This document shows, piece by piece, positions 11,001 to 24,900 of a stretch of 64,000 bases of DNA. The notes beneath the pieces were generated by a model, which saw only the letters and a list, made by a program, of their open reading frames with translations, did not search any database and was not told the origin of the DNA. A program made the translations under genes and the position numbers. Origin of the DNA: Pocillopora damicornis (lineage: Eukaryota); contig NW_020845628.1 of assembly GCF_003704095.1 (NCBI RefSeq), forward strand, positions 1 to 64,000. The letters run 5' to 3'. How positions within the stretch are numbered: the stretch's first letter is position 1; the number at the start of each line of letters is the position of its first letter.

Positions 11001-14000
11001 ACATTCCTCAACAACACTTGACCATGAAACTGGATCATCAGAGGTATAGAATAGTCCTAAAAATGACTGATGATGGTCAAAGTCAATGGTACTTCAGCAC
11101 CCAGAGCATACATCAGTCAATAGAGGAGTTTGTTGGTCATTTAACCCTTTTGTTCTTCTCTGTTCTCTACACATTTCCTAGGGTGCTGACAAGGAGAATT
11201 TGTTTAAAAATCAAGAGCTTCTTAAGTTGCTGAATTCATTTCCCTCATTCTTGTGACCCTAATGAGTGAGTCCAGGGTGATATTGTAAGGAGAACTTAGA
11301 TATTAGTCACTCTCAAGGGTTTAAGGGTTTGGGTTGAAATTCTGGTGTATGGACACTTATTGGCCAGTTTTGCCACCATGTTATTGGAAACTAGTTTGAT
11401 TAACTGAAGGATTCAGAATATCACTGGGTGAAAAAATTGACAGTGTTGGACTGAGCAACAGATGCCAGATTTAGTTGGAACTTTACATCAATCAGGATTC
11501 TGCCATTCAGCTGTTTGCAGAAAGGTTGTCATAAAAAAGGAAAAAGAGCACATGACAATTTCAAAGGGTAATTAATGAATTTTAATAAGTGAAACAAGTA
11601 AATATGGACAAAAGGACTAATAAACAGAGGATAAACACCCATATGCACTTGGATCCAAGAGGAACAAAATCATAGAATATTATGTTGTAAACAATTTTTT
11701 GTTAGGTCACTTTGAATTTGCTCATATTAAGTTTACATCATTTCTGCCATTCACTGGGGTAAGTCTGTTCTTTTTTCATTTTTCATCAAGTTTAGAATTA
11801 AAAATCAGTCTTGGGAACAAAATGAATTCATCAGACCTGAGAACTACCCACAATGCTTTTGGGGAAGTTGCATACACTCCCCCTGTTTCTGACAACCTTA
11901 ATGCAAATAGCTGTACAGTATATAACACAGCAGCTCTACTGTCACTAGGTGTATCCATTCATAACAACTCCCTGAAATTACACTTTAAATCTTTATAACC
12001 TCAACTCAGCAGGCACATTCTCCATATTTAAGTCCTGGAAAAGCAAGGCACTGATGTAGAGATACTTACGTAATTAATTTGTATCCAGGAGGGGCTGTTT
12101 CTCCTTTGTTTCTGTTAATTAACACAATATCAAAGACTGCACTGACAGCTGTCTTGCTTGCCTTGATTTTGAAACAAAGAAAATGTTTCCGCAGAGCTTT
12201 GTCATCTGGAAGAAAGAGAGAAGTTACATAACTGTATAATATACAAAGATCTCTAAGATATTAACCTTTTAACTCCCAAGATCTCATTAGTACTTCTCCT
12301 TAATGTCTGCCAAATGATTCTCTTTACGTTAGTTTAGAGAATTCAATATTGGATCAATTAGTAATCTCATAATTGATATTTTTCTTTATTCTCATCCCTT
12401 GTCCACATAATATTGTGTAGATATAGGGAAGTGTTGAGAAAGACTCATACAAGTACATAAAAAGTATTTAATTCATTACTTTTGGCAATCACAAAAGCAG
12501 AGACTGACTTTTTTATCTTTAATCCTTTCACTCCCAGATCTCATATTAAGTAATTCTCCTTACTGTCTGCCATACAGTTCTTATGATGTTAGTCCAGAGA
12601 ATTTGGTATTGGATCAATTAACAATTGCCCAACTGATATTTCTCTTTATTCTTATCACATCTTTCCTTGACATTGTATTGATTTTGAAAGGAGAAATTCT
12701 GTTTTGGTCAGAGTTAATGCTGCCTGGGTTAACCCTTTAACTCCCAGAAGTGATTGACATGAAACTTCTCCCTAAAATATCCATACATATATCCAGCAAC
12801 CAGGTAATGAGAATATTCAAACTTATCAGGTAAAAGTCATCAAATAACAAATTCTTGTACCTGATTTGTAAGGACATGCATAGCAGCTTCAGGGGAGAAT
12901 TAACATTAGGATCTTGGGAGTTAAAGGGTTAAGAATTGATATACAGTGGACATTAATTATAAACAGCACAGTCATACTACTTAACAATAAAATTTTTTGC
13001 CACTTAAAGCCTCATATTTGCTGCTTATTAAAATCTTGTAATTTAAAATATGGTGCAATAATAAAACAACTACTGGTAAGTAGAAACTCAAGCCCTTGCT
13101 GCTATCTATTACTGTAAAACTGTTTATGGAACTGTACAATAATTGCAAAAACACAGCAAAGAAGGAAAAGTCTTTAAGGAACACAAAACCAGTGCATGTG
13201 TAGGAAAAAAATCAGAACTTCACTCCTAGACATAATTAGTTCAGACACACATCTTCAGAACAACGTCTATGATGATTCCTATGCCCCTCTCCTCCTTCCA
13301 ATGTTTTTAATAGTCCATTTTACAGTTGTGTGGCTGGGTGCCAAGCCTTTGAAGAGTGGTAAAGCTAAGGATGAACTTGTTATGATATAAACTTTGCTGC
13401 TTTTCAGATGTAAATTACTTTGTTATCATTCTGAATAGACATTGGTCTCTTTCATGACAAGGTCATCTTAGGTCTCACTTCAAATCAAAGGCTTGGCAAC
13501 TAAGTACAAAACTGTACTGCAAATGGTCTATTGCCAATGTTTCTATGCCATCTTGTGGATCAACATTGAGAGGGATGGGATAGGCAAAGGGTGTCCCAAC
13601 AAATGTGTTGGAGGGTACTGTTTCTCGTGTCTCATGCCTAGACAACCATGTTGAAGAACAACCTTGCCTTGAAGCAGAATAATTAAGTACTTCAGAAATT
13701 TGCCAAAGATCAATGGCTGCACATACCATCATCATGAGCTTTTGTGAGTGCCGTAAATCCTGCTGGCACATGATCATCCTCACCAATAACTGTTAGGTCT
13801 TCAATCACATTCTGTCCTCCCTAAGAAAAATTGATTAAACATAGATTCAGTATAAAATTATTTTTACATTTGATTAATGAAAGAGATTTCCCAAGCCTGG
13901 TATACTTGGTTATTATACATAGTTTTGATGATTTAATTGCAAAATTTGAAGCACAATTCAATCTAATGCAGCCTGTTGTGTGATAAACTTCAAGAAATGC

Positions 14001-15597
14001 TGCACAGTTTTTTTCTTTATTACACCTATTTTGAGATCACTGGTGGTCCTTGTAAACTTATTGGCTCTAGTTGGTGCAATTTATTCATGAATTACAACAT
14101 TTTTTGCTTTAAATCACATCTTTTTCCCAGCCAATGAGCAGGCCACACTAAAAACAAAACAACCAATCAGATTTCAAGGTTTGTTTAATGTAGCCAATCA
14201 AATTGCAGGAAAATGAAAGACAAAGAGTATCATGTGGCAAATTTTGCAACTTTTATTTCCAAACTCATATTTTTTCCCCCCCAAAAATGGATGAATTTAA
14301 TTTCAAACCAGCTCAGTACTGCATCAATAAAATATTTGAACTGACCAAGTCCTGTATTTGGGACACCAAACTCAGTTCAATTACCATTATTTATATGCAT
14401 TGGCTATCATATGCTATGTTTTAAAGCTGACTCAACCATCTAAGAGAAAGGCTACTGTTTAAATTTTTAACCATCACAAATTTTGATAAACTTTGTATAG
14501 GGTAAGTTTACTATCTTTCTTCATAAGCTGGTTACCTGTCTTGCAAAGCAAAGATAACGTTTCCCTTTATGTCTCCATGTGCTGTCAAATAACTGCCCAT
14601 CGTTACCTTGAACAGTCTTTGTAAGCTTATTGAGTGAAGAAGTAAAATTATACGAAAGAAAATGAGTGGAAGCATAAAAGCAACCACATTGTAATATTTG
14701 CAAACAGTTATATACAGCAATGGCTTAATAAAATAATCTCACTCTAATTAATTTTAAGAAACAAGATTAACATGAATGGAAGCTACCACTATTTAAAAAA
14801 AATGTGTGGGACATGGAGGTAAAAAGTTTAAGTTGCCATTTATGAATGAAGCCAAAGAAATGCAGATTTTATGGTCGAGCCTCGACTATTGAATGGGTGG
14901 CTAATGCTATCCTCTGGAAAGTTACCAGGAATTTTGAAAAAACGGGCCCTAGTTTGGTAAACAGAGAAATTGTACTGTTCTAAACACAATCTTGACATTT
15001 TGAGGAGTGTGATCAACATTATTTAAGTTGTATGCAAAATACAAGTTTTAGTAAACAGGTTTGGTGATGAGAAATTTCTAAAACAAAATCTAAATTCTTA
15101 TGAGTTCACTAGAGTGATTCTCTTTTGTAGATAGGGCTTGTAACTGGAAACCCTCTCTTTGAAACAAATCATGCAGCTTGTGGACTTGCTTTCAATATCT
15201 GGTACAGCAATCACAACACAATTTTGTGCCATAAAGACTGCAAGGACTATCACCTGTCTTTATACCATGCTAGAAAATTACATTAGTTGGAAATGATTGT
15301 ACTCTCATGAAAACCAAAACAAATTTGAGATAAAAAATTCAAAATATATATTTTATAATAAAATTCATAACTAATTCATTAATATTTACCAAGACAAAAA
15401 TCGAAATACTTGAAAACGTAGATATGATTACCAGACAGCTTTTCTGGCTCGCCTCAAAGGTTCATATCATAAAGTTTGATACAAAGACAGTGTATTCCTT
15501 TTAAAAGTTATCTTACCATGAAGTAGCCGGGTGGATAGCGTTCCTTCTGAGAGACAATTTTTATGTCTGTTACAGGGGAAAAAGGAGCGGCCTGCAT
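8069..15597 (-). CDS. MVB12: Multivesicular body subunit 12 (ESCRT-I; MABP + UMA domains), ~254 aa, 9 exons
   Basis: Exons 15597-15517, 14625-14536, 13820-13727, 12205-12070, 10979-10866, 10004-9913, 9344-9283, 8531-8481, 8113-8069 splice in frame (765 nt). MABP-type repeats PVTDIKIV..YPPGYF, VIEDLTVI..VPAGFT, VFDIVLI..APPGYK. C-terminal UMA motifs AIEGLPFEVN and YNYDFSKER. Confidence 0.9.
12729..12932. mobile_element. piggyBac-type MITE (TTAA-CCCTT...AAGGG-TTAA), representative of an abundant ~200-220 bp family group
   Basis: TTAACCCTTTAACTCCCA...TGGGAGTTAAAGGGTTAA. Related copies at about 10503-10704, 11141-11329, 12261-12430, 12519-12716, 19855-20090, 22391-22599, 28712-28924, 31652-31864, 32830-33022, 33147-33356, 37181-37320, 49209-49421, 49690-49880, 53440-53540. 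Confidence 0.75.
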
Positions 15598-15913
15598 ATC
15601 AACACTTTTCTCCCTCACGTTGGACGGATATAGCAACTTAAGGAAATATTCGAAGTTACAAATCACAGTGGGGTAAGTGAAGGTCGACAAGCTTCGAATT
15701 CAATGGGTGTTTTGAACTCTAACATGAACGAGAGGCATACTTCTAACAGGTTGTGTTTGAGTATTGGAGTCGGAGACTACTCGGATGCAACGAATTTATT
15801 CCGACTAAGATATCACTCAACATCAGAGAGGCCGAGGTTTGTCGGCTGTATTCGGAACTGAGTCCCAGAATGCAACTCGCAGTTAGGGCAGGTGATGTGT
15901 TTTGAGAAAGAAG
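15598..15913. promoter_or_regulatory. Probable bidirectional promoter between MVB12 and the GATA-like finger gene
   Basis: Divergent ATGs at 15597 (-) and 15914 (+), 316 bp apart. CpG-rich compared with the CpG-depleted gene bodies on either side. Confidence 0.65.
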
Positions 15914-18900
15914 ATGGCTTCGGGTGGGCCAGCCGAAGTAATCGACGCTGAAAAGACGCTGAATTGCGGCATCGAAAACTTTCAATCGGTGACTGAAGAA
16001 CACTTTGAAGGCAATAATTTAGCTGAAGAAAGCCAAGATCCTGGTAGCTCTTACAGTTTTCCGGGAGAAACGGAAAACGAGAAGGACAACAATCAGTCAG
16101 CTGGTATGAGTTTCTAGATTCTCTCAAATTTTATCTTTCAGTTGAGCTTCTATCACCTCTGAAATGGGAGAATTGAGTGTTTAACCTTATCTCTCGTAGG
16201 AATTAGCAAAAAAAAATGATTCCCTTTTTGTTCATTTGCAACTTAAGAGGAGTTTTGCGATGGATCGATTATCCGAAGCGAAGTAAAAATTCAGCTTCAG
16301 AGTAATCACGTGAAAAAAATGGTTTGTGTATATCATGTGTGCCGTGTTTATGAGCTTGCGTTCCATTTGCGGAACGCGGATCGGCGAGTTTAGTATTCCT
16401 TTAATTTCGCAGTTCATCGTGGAATGTTGGAACACTTTGATATCGTTGCCAGAGTCTCTTCTTAAAATCGTTCTACTTGAATTATAAGTGTCATAATACC
16501 GTGCCGCTGCACAGAATGCGAATCGTTTACATGTATCGATATTTGAAGTATCTTAGATTATGTTCGACCCGAGATTGAAGAGTAACAATTTAATCCTCAC
16601 AGGAAAACTTTTCCTGACATTAATTTCTGCAGTAGACATTTTGCAATTTACATTTTCAGGATTTATATGTATCTTCTTCCATATGTACATTGTCAACGGA
16701 ACGTTAGGTCGTATTCAAATTAAGCATGAACAGGAGGGCCTGTTTATCTAGACAGAGCAGGGAGCCTGTCTATTTGGTTATCTGTCTAAATGTGTGCTGA
16801 TACTTCAATATACCCCCTTACTGTATGTCTCAGAGGCCTTATGCATTCCATAAGGCAATGCTCTGTGAAGAGTGATTTAATTTGTCACTTTTTGAGATGC
16901 TGTCTTTTTTGCAATGAAAGATGTATTGCTGCAGCAATTGTTGTTTAAAAGTAAATAAATTATGAAAATAAAGCCATGACTGTCTTGCTCTGCAAGAACA
17001 AACCTTTTACCAAGTAATGATATTAAGTGTGCAGCTAACATCTGGATTAATAGGTCTTAGCATGGAGGTCTTTAGCTTAGCAGGTTCTTTTCAGGAATGG
17101 TCAATCTTTAAGTCAAGAGTCACATGGAGGGCTTTATTATTGTTGGAGGTAGACCAGTTTGAATGCTCAAGCAGTATTTGTGGCACCTCATTTTTAGCAG
17201 GCCTGATTGGATTTGTAACAGTTATTTTCAATTATTTCTGGAATAAGGTCAAATTGTTGGGTTGCATAGATTTGCCAGCTAAAGAGGAGGTGCATTATTT
17301 TATCAGGAGGCTGATGAAACAGAATGGAAGCCTCCTGATGTCTCAAGAACCCACCTTCTAACTTACATGTAACCCATAAAACTTAACATCATTATGGATA
17401 TCCTCCATACTGTTCTTCATACATTTCTTTAGGTGCAAGCAAGGAGAATTTGTTTAGCAATCAAGAGCTTCATTAGTCAGTGACGGTTTTCATTACTCTC
17501 ATGACCTTAACCCTTGAACTCCCACGAGTGACAAAGACAGAATTTCTCCCTACAATTTCAATACAGTATCAACCAGATAAGTGATGAGAATAAAGAAAAA
17601 TATCATTTTGGAGATAATTAATTGATCCAAAACTAAATTCTCTGAACTAACATTATAAGAATTGTGGTTGACAGTAAGGAGAATTTCAAATTTGATCTGG
17701 GAGTTAAAGGGTTAATGCGTGATACAGGAGTGTTAATTTTTAAGGAGAAATTAGGTTGGACTCACACTTGTGCATTTAAGGGAAAGAGATTCTGTCAATG
17801 TGGAGAAAATCTTTGCCTTTTCCTGACCCTGATGTTCCAGCGAGGGGTTTTATACTTGTAGAGTTTAAAGCTAATTGAAAAAAATTTCAAGTCTGATACT
17901 CTGGTACGTTTGTAATAGCATTTGGTTCCATGTGCATGAACCATGAATGTTGATTTCTTCAAATTAATTTCTGAAAATGTTCTTTTTCTTTTTTGTCTTA
18001 CAAAATACAGTAGCTTAAGTTTAATTAACTGCGATTTTGTGATGCTACATGTATGTTGTCATCAATTTTGTAAAACTGTATTTGATATGTCTCCCTTTCA
18101 TTTTATTTAAAGCCTCATCAGTGTCAGAAGATGACAATGAGTCTGTTCTGCAGTCATCAAGAGCTCCAAATACAAGTGCACTAGAAACATTAGTACGCAC
18201 TGCCTGTGAAAGTCTTGCAGTATCAACACTTCTTGCAGGAAATTCTTCATCAAATAACCTGTTAGATGCTCCTTGTCATCAGCCTTCACAGGATACACCA
18301 GTTGGCCATGCCTCAAGACTGAGAATAGTGGCTGGTAACTCAAGTGCCAGCTCAAACCTGTATGCTCCATCCACTAGTGCTCTTGGTGAGACTTCAGCAG
18401 CTGATGATGCAGTATTTAGTGTCATTTTTGGGCATCGGGATCCTAACAGCAGAGCTAGTGCAGTAGAAGAGGAGCATGATACCTCACAATCCAAAGATCT
18501 TCCAGAACCAAGTTTAGATTTAACCCATAACAGACTCTCTGATATGGGAGATGTTGAGGTATGAAAACTGTTTAAGTTAGGATTTGATCAATATATACAG
18601 TAGGAGTAGTTTAAGTTGAATTTGATATACTCCCACTGGGTGCATTTGTTAGCCACGTTACTGTAAGGTACATCATGCTACATTTGTATACAGTATGCTG
18701 TCTGTGCTTAAGAAGAAGTTCTTCATATATAACGATCTTATACCTATGTTCAGTATTTTATATGAACTACTGTATAAGATGTCTTCAAGGAAGTACATGT
18801 AACCATCATTCTAACTGTAGCTTCATTTAAGTCTGTGTCCAGATTATGCCTGAAGTACTGTTGTGCTAATTTAGAAATTAGATTGTGTAATTTTGTTATA

Positions 18901-21900
18901 AACAAAGAGAACATGTTTGATTTTGCCCAACAAGAAACTTGATCATTGTTTTACTACCACCCTGAAAATAAAAGCAGTTTCATCATTTTAAATCTCTCAA
19001 GAGAAAGAGGTTGGGTTTATTCCTTTTGCCTCACTCAGAAAACATATCTAGAATGTGAAAAATAATCTCAAAAGTGAATATTATTTAAAATATGCATATT
19101 TTACAACATCTGAAGGGTTCATCAGAGGAGCTAGAAAGAAGAAGGGCAAGTGAACGAGAGCGGAAGAGGAAACCAGTCAGATTTCAATCTCCAACAGAAG
19201 ATGAACTTAAAGCAAAGAAGAAGAGAAGGAGACGCATGAATCCTTTGCTTCGTATTCCTCGTCGTGATCCAGCCATCCCATTCAAGTGTGACTTGTGTGG
19301 TTCTCCATATGTTATCAACCCTTCAAGACGAGGCAACAGACCAAAGCTTTCTTCCCATCAGCCAAGTCCTCGGCATAAGGTTGATCCAGCAACAGGGAAG
19401 ACTCTCACTCTGTGCAATGCTTGTGGTAGGTGTCAGTAATATGGGTCCAAGAGAAATCTTTTTGGGTGGCAAGTGAGAAATGATTGAACATTCTTATTTT
19501 AATATCATTAATAGAACAATTTGGTGGCCTAAAAAATTTGGTTTCAGAGGGGAACATGTTAACAAGAAGGGTTAAAGAAGTTTCTTTGTTGAAACAAAAT
19601 CATGCTCCTAAACCATCACCTGTTAAGTGCATTAAAAACATAACAAAACAAGGGGATGGACTCTTTACAATGTACATGATGAACATTAGCAAGTCCCTTG
19701 CCTCCTTTAGTGGTTACCATTAAAACTTCTTGTTGCCAACAGTTGATCTTTGGTTGCAATATGGAGCAACTGGTTGTTACTTTGGACCCTTTGATTTGGT
19801 TTAAAATATGCTTGTCATTGATTCAATGCCATATTGTTTGTGAGCTTACATGTCACCTTTTAACTCCCACAAGTGATTTTACTTGTAACTGTGCTCCGTA
19901 TCTAGTTACATTATCAAGCAAACAGGTTATGAAAATAACGCTGGTGATCAAAGTTATGGCATCAGGGTTGTGACATGTACATGTATCTTGATATAACACC
20001 AAATTCTTGCAATTAACGTATAAGGAAATATTTAGGAGCAAGAGGGAAGAATTTACAATCAGATCTTGGTAGTTACAGGGTATAAAGAGTGTGTAATGTG
20101 CTGTCAGTGCAGGGTGCTCATACTCAGGGTTTTTTCATTGAAATGCAACTGTGGACTTGTGTCAGGCATCAGCAAGGAGCAAAGGTTGCTACCTACTTTC
20201 TCTGTAGCATTTATACAACCACTAACCTTGACGACCCTGGATAATTTGTTTACTACAAAGGATTTTAAACATTTAAACACTTGATGATTTTGTTACTCTT
20301 TGCAAATTTAATGTGAAGCTAGAAGAAACTTGTTTGAACTCTTACCAAGACAATTGTGGAACATGCTACTTCATGTGAAACTTCAAGAACTTGAAGTAGA
20401 TAACTAATGTAAGGGCAGGCAGTGACATCTTTCTGTAATATCACACTGAAAAGAGTACATCTATCTCTGATTAAGTTTTTTGATGAGAAATGTTTTGACT
20501 TGTACCAAATTTAGGTTTGTCCTTTGATCGTCCTAAAAAGCCGAGACGAGAACGCTGTGAACCAGATCCAGAAGAAAAGAAAAAGTATCTGGAGGAGGCA
20601 AACCAGTTTGCAATGTCTCTAGTAGAAGGACTCGGAGACCCTGATGGTAATATCAAATGATAAGTTTACTTTTATTAGTAAAGTATGCTTTTTATCACGA
20701 GCTTTAAATTGATGCTAAACTGTAAGTTTTAAAAGATCATTTAGATACCTGGCAAGGACTGTTAATGCTGACCATCAATGATTATAAATTAAGGAACATA
20801 CAGTATGCATGCTTGTGGTGCCTTCTGAAGAGTTTAGAAATCAATGAAAATAAAAATTTACTTTGATGAAGCTTTATATCACATATCAGCTTGCATTCAT
20901 TTTGGCTGCTTTTTTTAATCTTGTTTCAGCTGAAAGGCTTTGTTGTCCACATTTTAAATTCAGAGCATGTGGCTGTTTACAGTCCTATATCATAGGGGAT
21001 GGTAAGTCTGTCTGAAATCAAGACAAGTCAGATTTGTTCTGTTACACAACCAAATCCTGTCACCTCCACCTGCAGTGTATATTCCCCACATCCATCTTAG
21101 TCAGCCACTGAAGGACACCCCTTCAATCTCACATTGCATTAAAACACTGTTGAAAAATGTATTTTATAATACAGCTAATAACAGTTAAAGAGTGTTCTTT
21201 TACTTTCCTTTAATTTTTGGATTTAAAATTATAGGCAAAGTTATGTGTCATGCTGGGATAAATTTTACAGTTTAAGTTACCTGTAATGAAAGGCGAACAT
21301 GTTATTTGTAAATCTTTTGCATTCTGGTGTAGAGCCCTAACTTGTTTCTTGCTACTTTTTATGTAGGAAGCAACATGCAAGAGTCAAGGGAACGAGCCAA
21401 CGACATGCTTCAAATGCTTAAAAAAGCAAAAGAACTCAGTAACAAGAAATGCTATGATGTTGAAGAAGTCAGAAACCAAGCAAAATCCACGAAGAGGTAT
21501 CATCTGCTTGACTTATTGACTCAACTACTGTACATTGTATAGAAGAATGTGTGAGCTCAGCTATGACATCTGCAAATGGTTAGACTTTCTAGTCTTCTTG
21601 GATGAGGACAATCAATAGTAGGCTCTGTATCCTGCACCTTCTCTGTACTGGTTAGCAGGGGAAGTGAAAGAACTCACACATTTCTCGCAAAGATACATGT
21701 ACATGTAAGGGATTGTAGCTCCCAGTACTGTAGTAAGGTCAAAGGAGAACTCTCAAAATTTCCTTTCAAAAATTTAAACTGTGCGGTGCAGTCTGGCCAA
21801 AGTCCCCTACACTGTGTTGTAAAGTGCATATTGTTAGGGAAATTCTCTATAAGTGCATCATTATCAGTATTAGGTAACAATTTAAGTAATCAAATAACTC

Positions 21901-24900
21901 TTGTTGATCCTAGTAAATACTTGCAAAGTGGCTGTCTCTACTGGTGTCAGTAGCAGTAACCAAGAGCATTGGTTGTAACGTTGATATATTTTGTGAAGAA
22001 CTTGTTGGAAACTTTTGTGACTGTTGAAACTTTTCAGATCTAAAAACATTGGCCTTGGTAATGGTCAGAGGAAGTGTACTGAATTTGAGGAGTATGTGCT
22101 GGAAAAGAGGAAACACTTACGTGACACTTTGAAATTATGTGAAAGAGCTACTCAGAGGGTGTTGCTGTATTCCAATAACTTCCTGCACAAAAAGCTCAAA
22201 ACTGATCCATCAGTAAGTTCCATGTACAATCACAGTCATGCATGTGATGGGACACTCTTTATATATTTACTTTATTGATTTAGTTATCTGCAATCTTCAA
22301 CCAGTCCAGCCCACTTCAGCTGCAAGCTGCTCAGAATAGGGACCTTATCATATCTGTTACATGTATGTCACATGATACACAACCTCAAATAACCTTGTCA
22401 CTCCCAAGATCTCATTAGTAATTCTCCTTATGGTTTTCAGTACAATTCTCGCAATGTTAGTTCAGAGAATTTGATACTGGATCGACTAATTATGTGCTGA
22501 ATAGTATTTTTTTAATTCTCATCAGTTGTCTCTTCGGTATTGTATTGATATTGTAAGGAGAAATTCTGTTGCGGTCACTCATTGGAGTTGAAGGGTTAAA
22601 TGTAGACATTGAGATTCAGATTTCCAACTATATGTATGGCTTTGAAGATTAAGAAGCCGTCAATTGCCTGTCCATATTTAATTTGATAAAATTATCTTTT
22701 TCGGGAAACAGACTGGAATGCTCAAAACAGATATGATTATGGTATAAATGTGCAAGGCAAAAAGTGATTTTGATACTTGTCCATGATACTTGTCATTTTT
22801 GTTCTTGTCTTTGAAAACAGATGAAGGGGAAGAGCTTCTTTAGGGGGAGGGGGGGGAGCAATTTTGAATTTGGCTTATTGGAAGGTCAGTTGAAAGGAGT
22901 GAATAGGGGAGAGGAGGCACTAATTAAAAGGTTTATAGATCTTGTTATTCTCACCCTTAGAAACCTCTTCGTATTGTGAGACAGAAAGGAAAGGCTGCCC
23001 TTGGTAAACTGAAGGCCATGGAAGATTTACCGAAAGAAAAGTGTTGTGTGGATAACTGTGTTATGGTCAGTGCGCATTCTTTAATGTACTGTTAACTACT
23101 GTGCACCATATCCTAGATATATAAATTATTTTCACATCACTCTGTAAACAATGTCTTGATCGTTGGTTTTGGAAAACATTGGAAACGTCTTGCATAATAT
23201 GACGTAAATTTATGGAATTTTCATTGCTTTTGAAAGAGTATGAATCCTGTGAAAGAGTTGTTACATACATACATACAAACAGGTTATAAACAAATGAATG
23301 TGTAAGTAGATAGTAATGATTGTGAATTCTCAACTTTCAAATTCATAGATTGCAATGACACACACAAATCTGCTAAAGCAGTGGCGTGACCGAGCCATCT
23401 CAGGGCAGACAGAAGCACGGAGAGTTCTTGCAGAGATGCTCACGCCATCTGGAGGTGCGCGCTCTAATTGTTACAAGTTCATATCCTGGGTGACAGGATG
23501 TAGTCATAGCACAATCGGCAGAGTTAATGAACAAATGAAAGAAACAGGTTTGTTTTGATTTTCTGCTTTTCTTCTTTTTTATTGATAGATACTGTAACAA
23601 CATGATTTCTCGTGTAGTTTGGCTTAAATAAGTAGTTGTGAATTTTTGAGACTAAATACCCTTTTAATTCGTGCTATTTTGTTAGTCTGAAATTTACTCG
23701 TGGTTATTTAAGCTAAATAGCTATCGAAATCGTGTAATTACTCATACTCAAATGGTGCTGTAAATGGAATAAGAAAGATAATAAATTTTAAGCTTGGTAT
23801 CCATTACGAAGTTCATATACGCCACGCCTCCTGCATACTGTTAGGATCAGCAATCTCGATAGCGTCATGTTTTGTAAACAGAATAAAAAAGATGTTAAGA
23901 CCTTGCTCACCATAGAACCTCTTTGACTGAGTGGTAGAGCATCGGAGCGCGAAATCCGAAGCTCTAAGGTACGATTCCTGATGGGAATTCAGACTTTTTC
24001 TTTGTTCCACGCTCGTGACAAGACATCTTTTTCTAAAATGGTGCTTTTTGGGAGAATTTGGCCAAAATCCATGTTACTTCTCACGAAAGTCAAGAATATT
24101 GAGAGAGACCGCTTAGACTCGTGGAAACAAGTGACTCGTAGGATAAATTAAGGAACTCACCATTTGCACAGGAGCTTAAAGCAGAATTAGAAGATTGGTT
24201 TTGACAGTAGGTTGTTTATATCGCATGGCTTTCTTTGTTTCTCTTCTTCCCAGGTGGTGACAGAGAACCTCCTTCTCATGGTCTCATTAAATGGTGGCAG
24301 GAAAACCCTAAACCCAAGAAAACCAAGCTGAAAGCTCCGCAGCAGGCTCAGGTCGACACTGTTCAGCAAGTGGCATTGCAACAGATTCAGCAATCACTGC
24401 CTCAAGTCAACATCCTACAAGCTGCAGTCAGTTCAGCCGGCCTGTCGGCTGTCATGATGCAGCCTGCTGTGTCGTCTGGAATTCCGGCACTGACCACTGT
24501 GAACAGCTCCCAACTGGCGCAGACACAGTTACTTCCTACAGTCACATTCACCAATGGAACCATCCAAGTGCAGGGTGCACCTGTACAGGTTAGTTTGCAG
24601 TCAGCACTTGAAAGATCGTGTCCCTGTTTTTCCCTTCCCCATTTTCAAATCGTTTATTTTTAACGAACTCTGTGATTTTAGATTCAAACCGCTCAACCAA
24701 TACAAGTGCCCCAGGTTCAGGTACAAGTTCAACAACAGCTGCAACAGCAACAGTTGCAATACCAACAGCAGATTCAACAACTGCAACTGCAACAGCTCCA
24801 GTTACAGCAGCAACAACAGCAGCTTCAGCAACAACTCCAGCAAACCCAGCAACTGCAGCAGCAAGCGTCACAGCAACTCCAAGCACACGTGAGTACTTTT

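Noticed and set aside
23920-23990. tRNA gene
   Set aside because: There is no complete cloverleaf, and it continues into a dispersed repeat body, so it is a SINE head.
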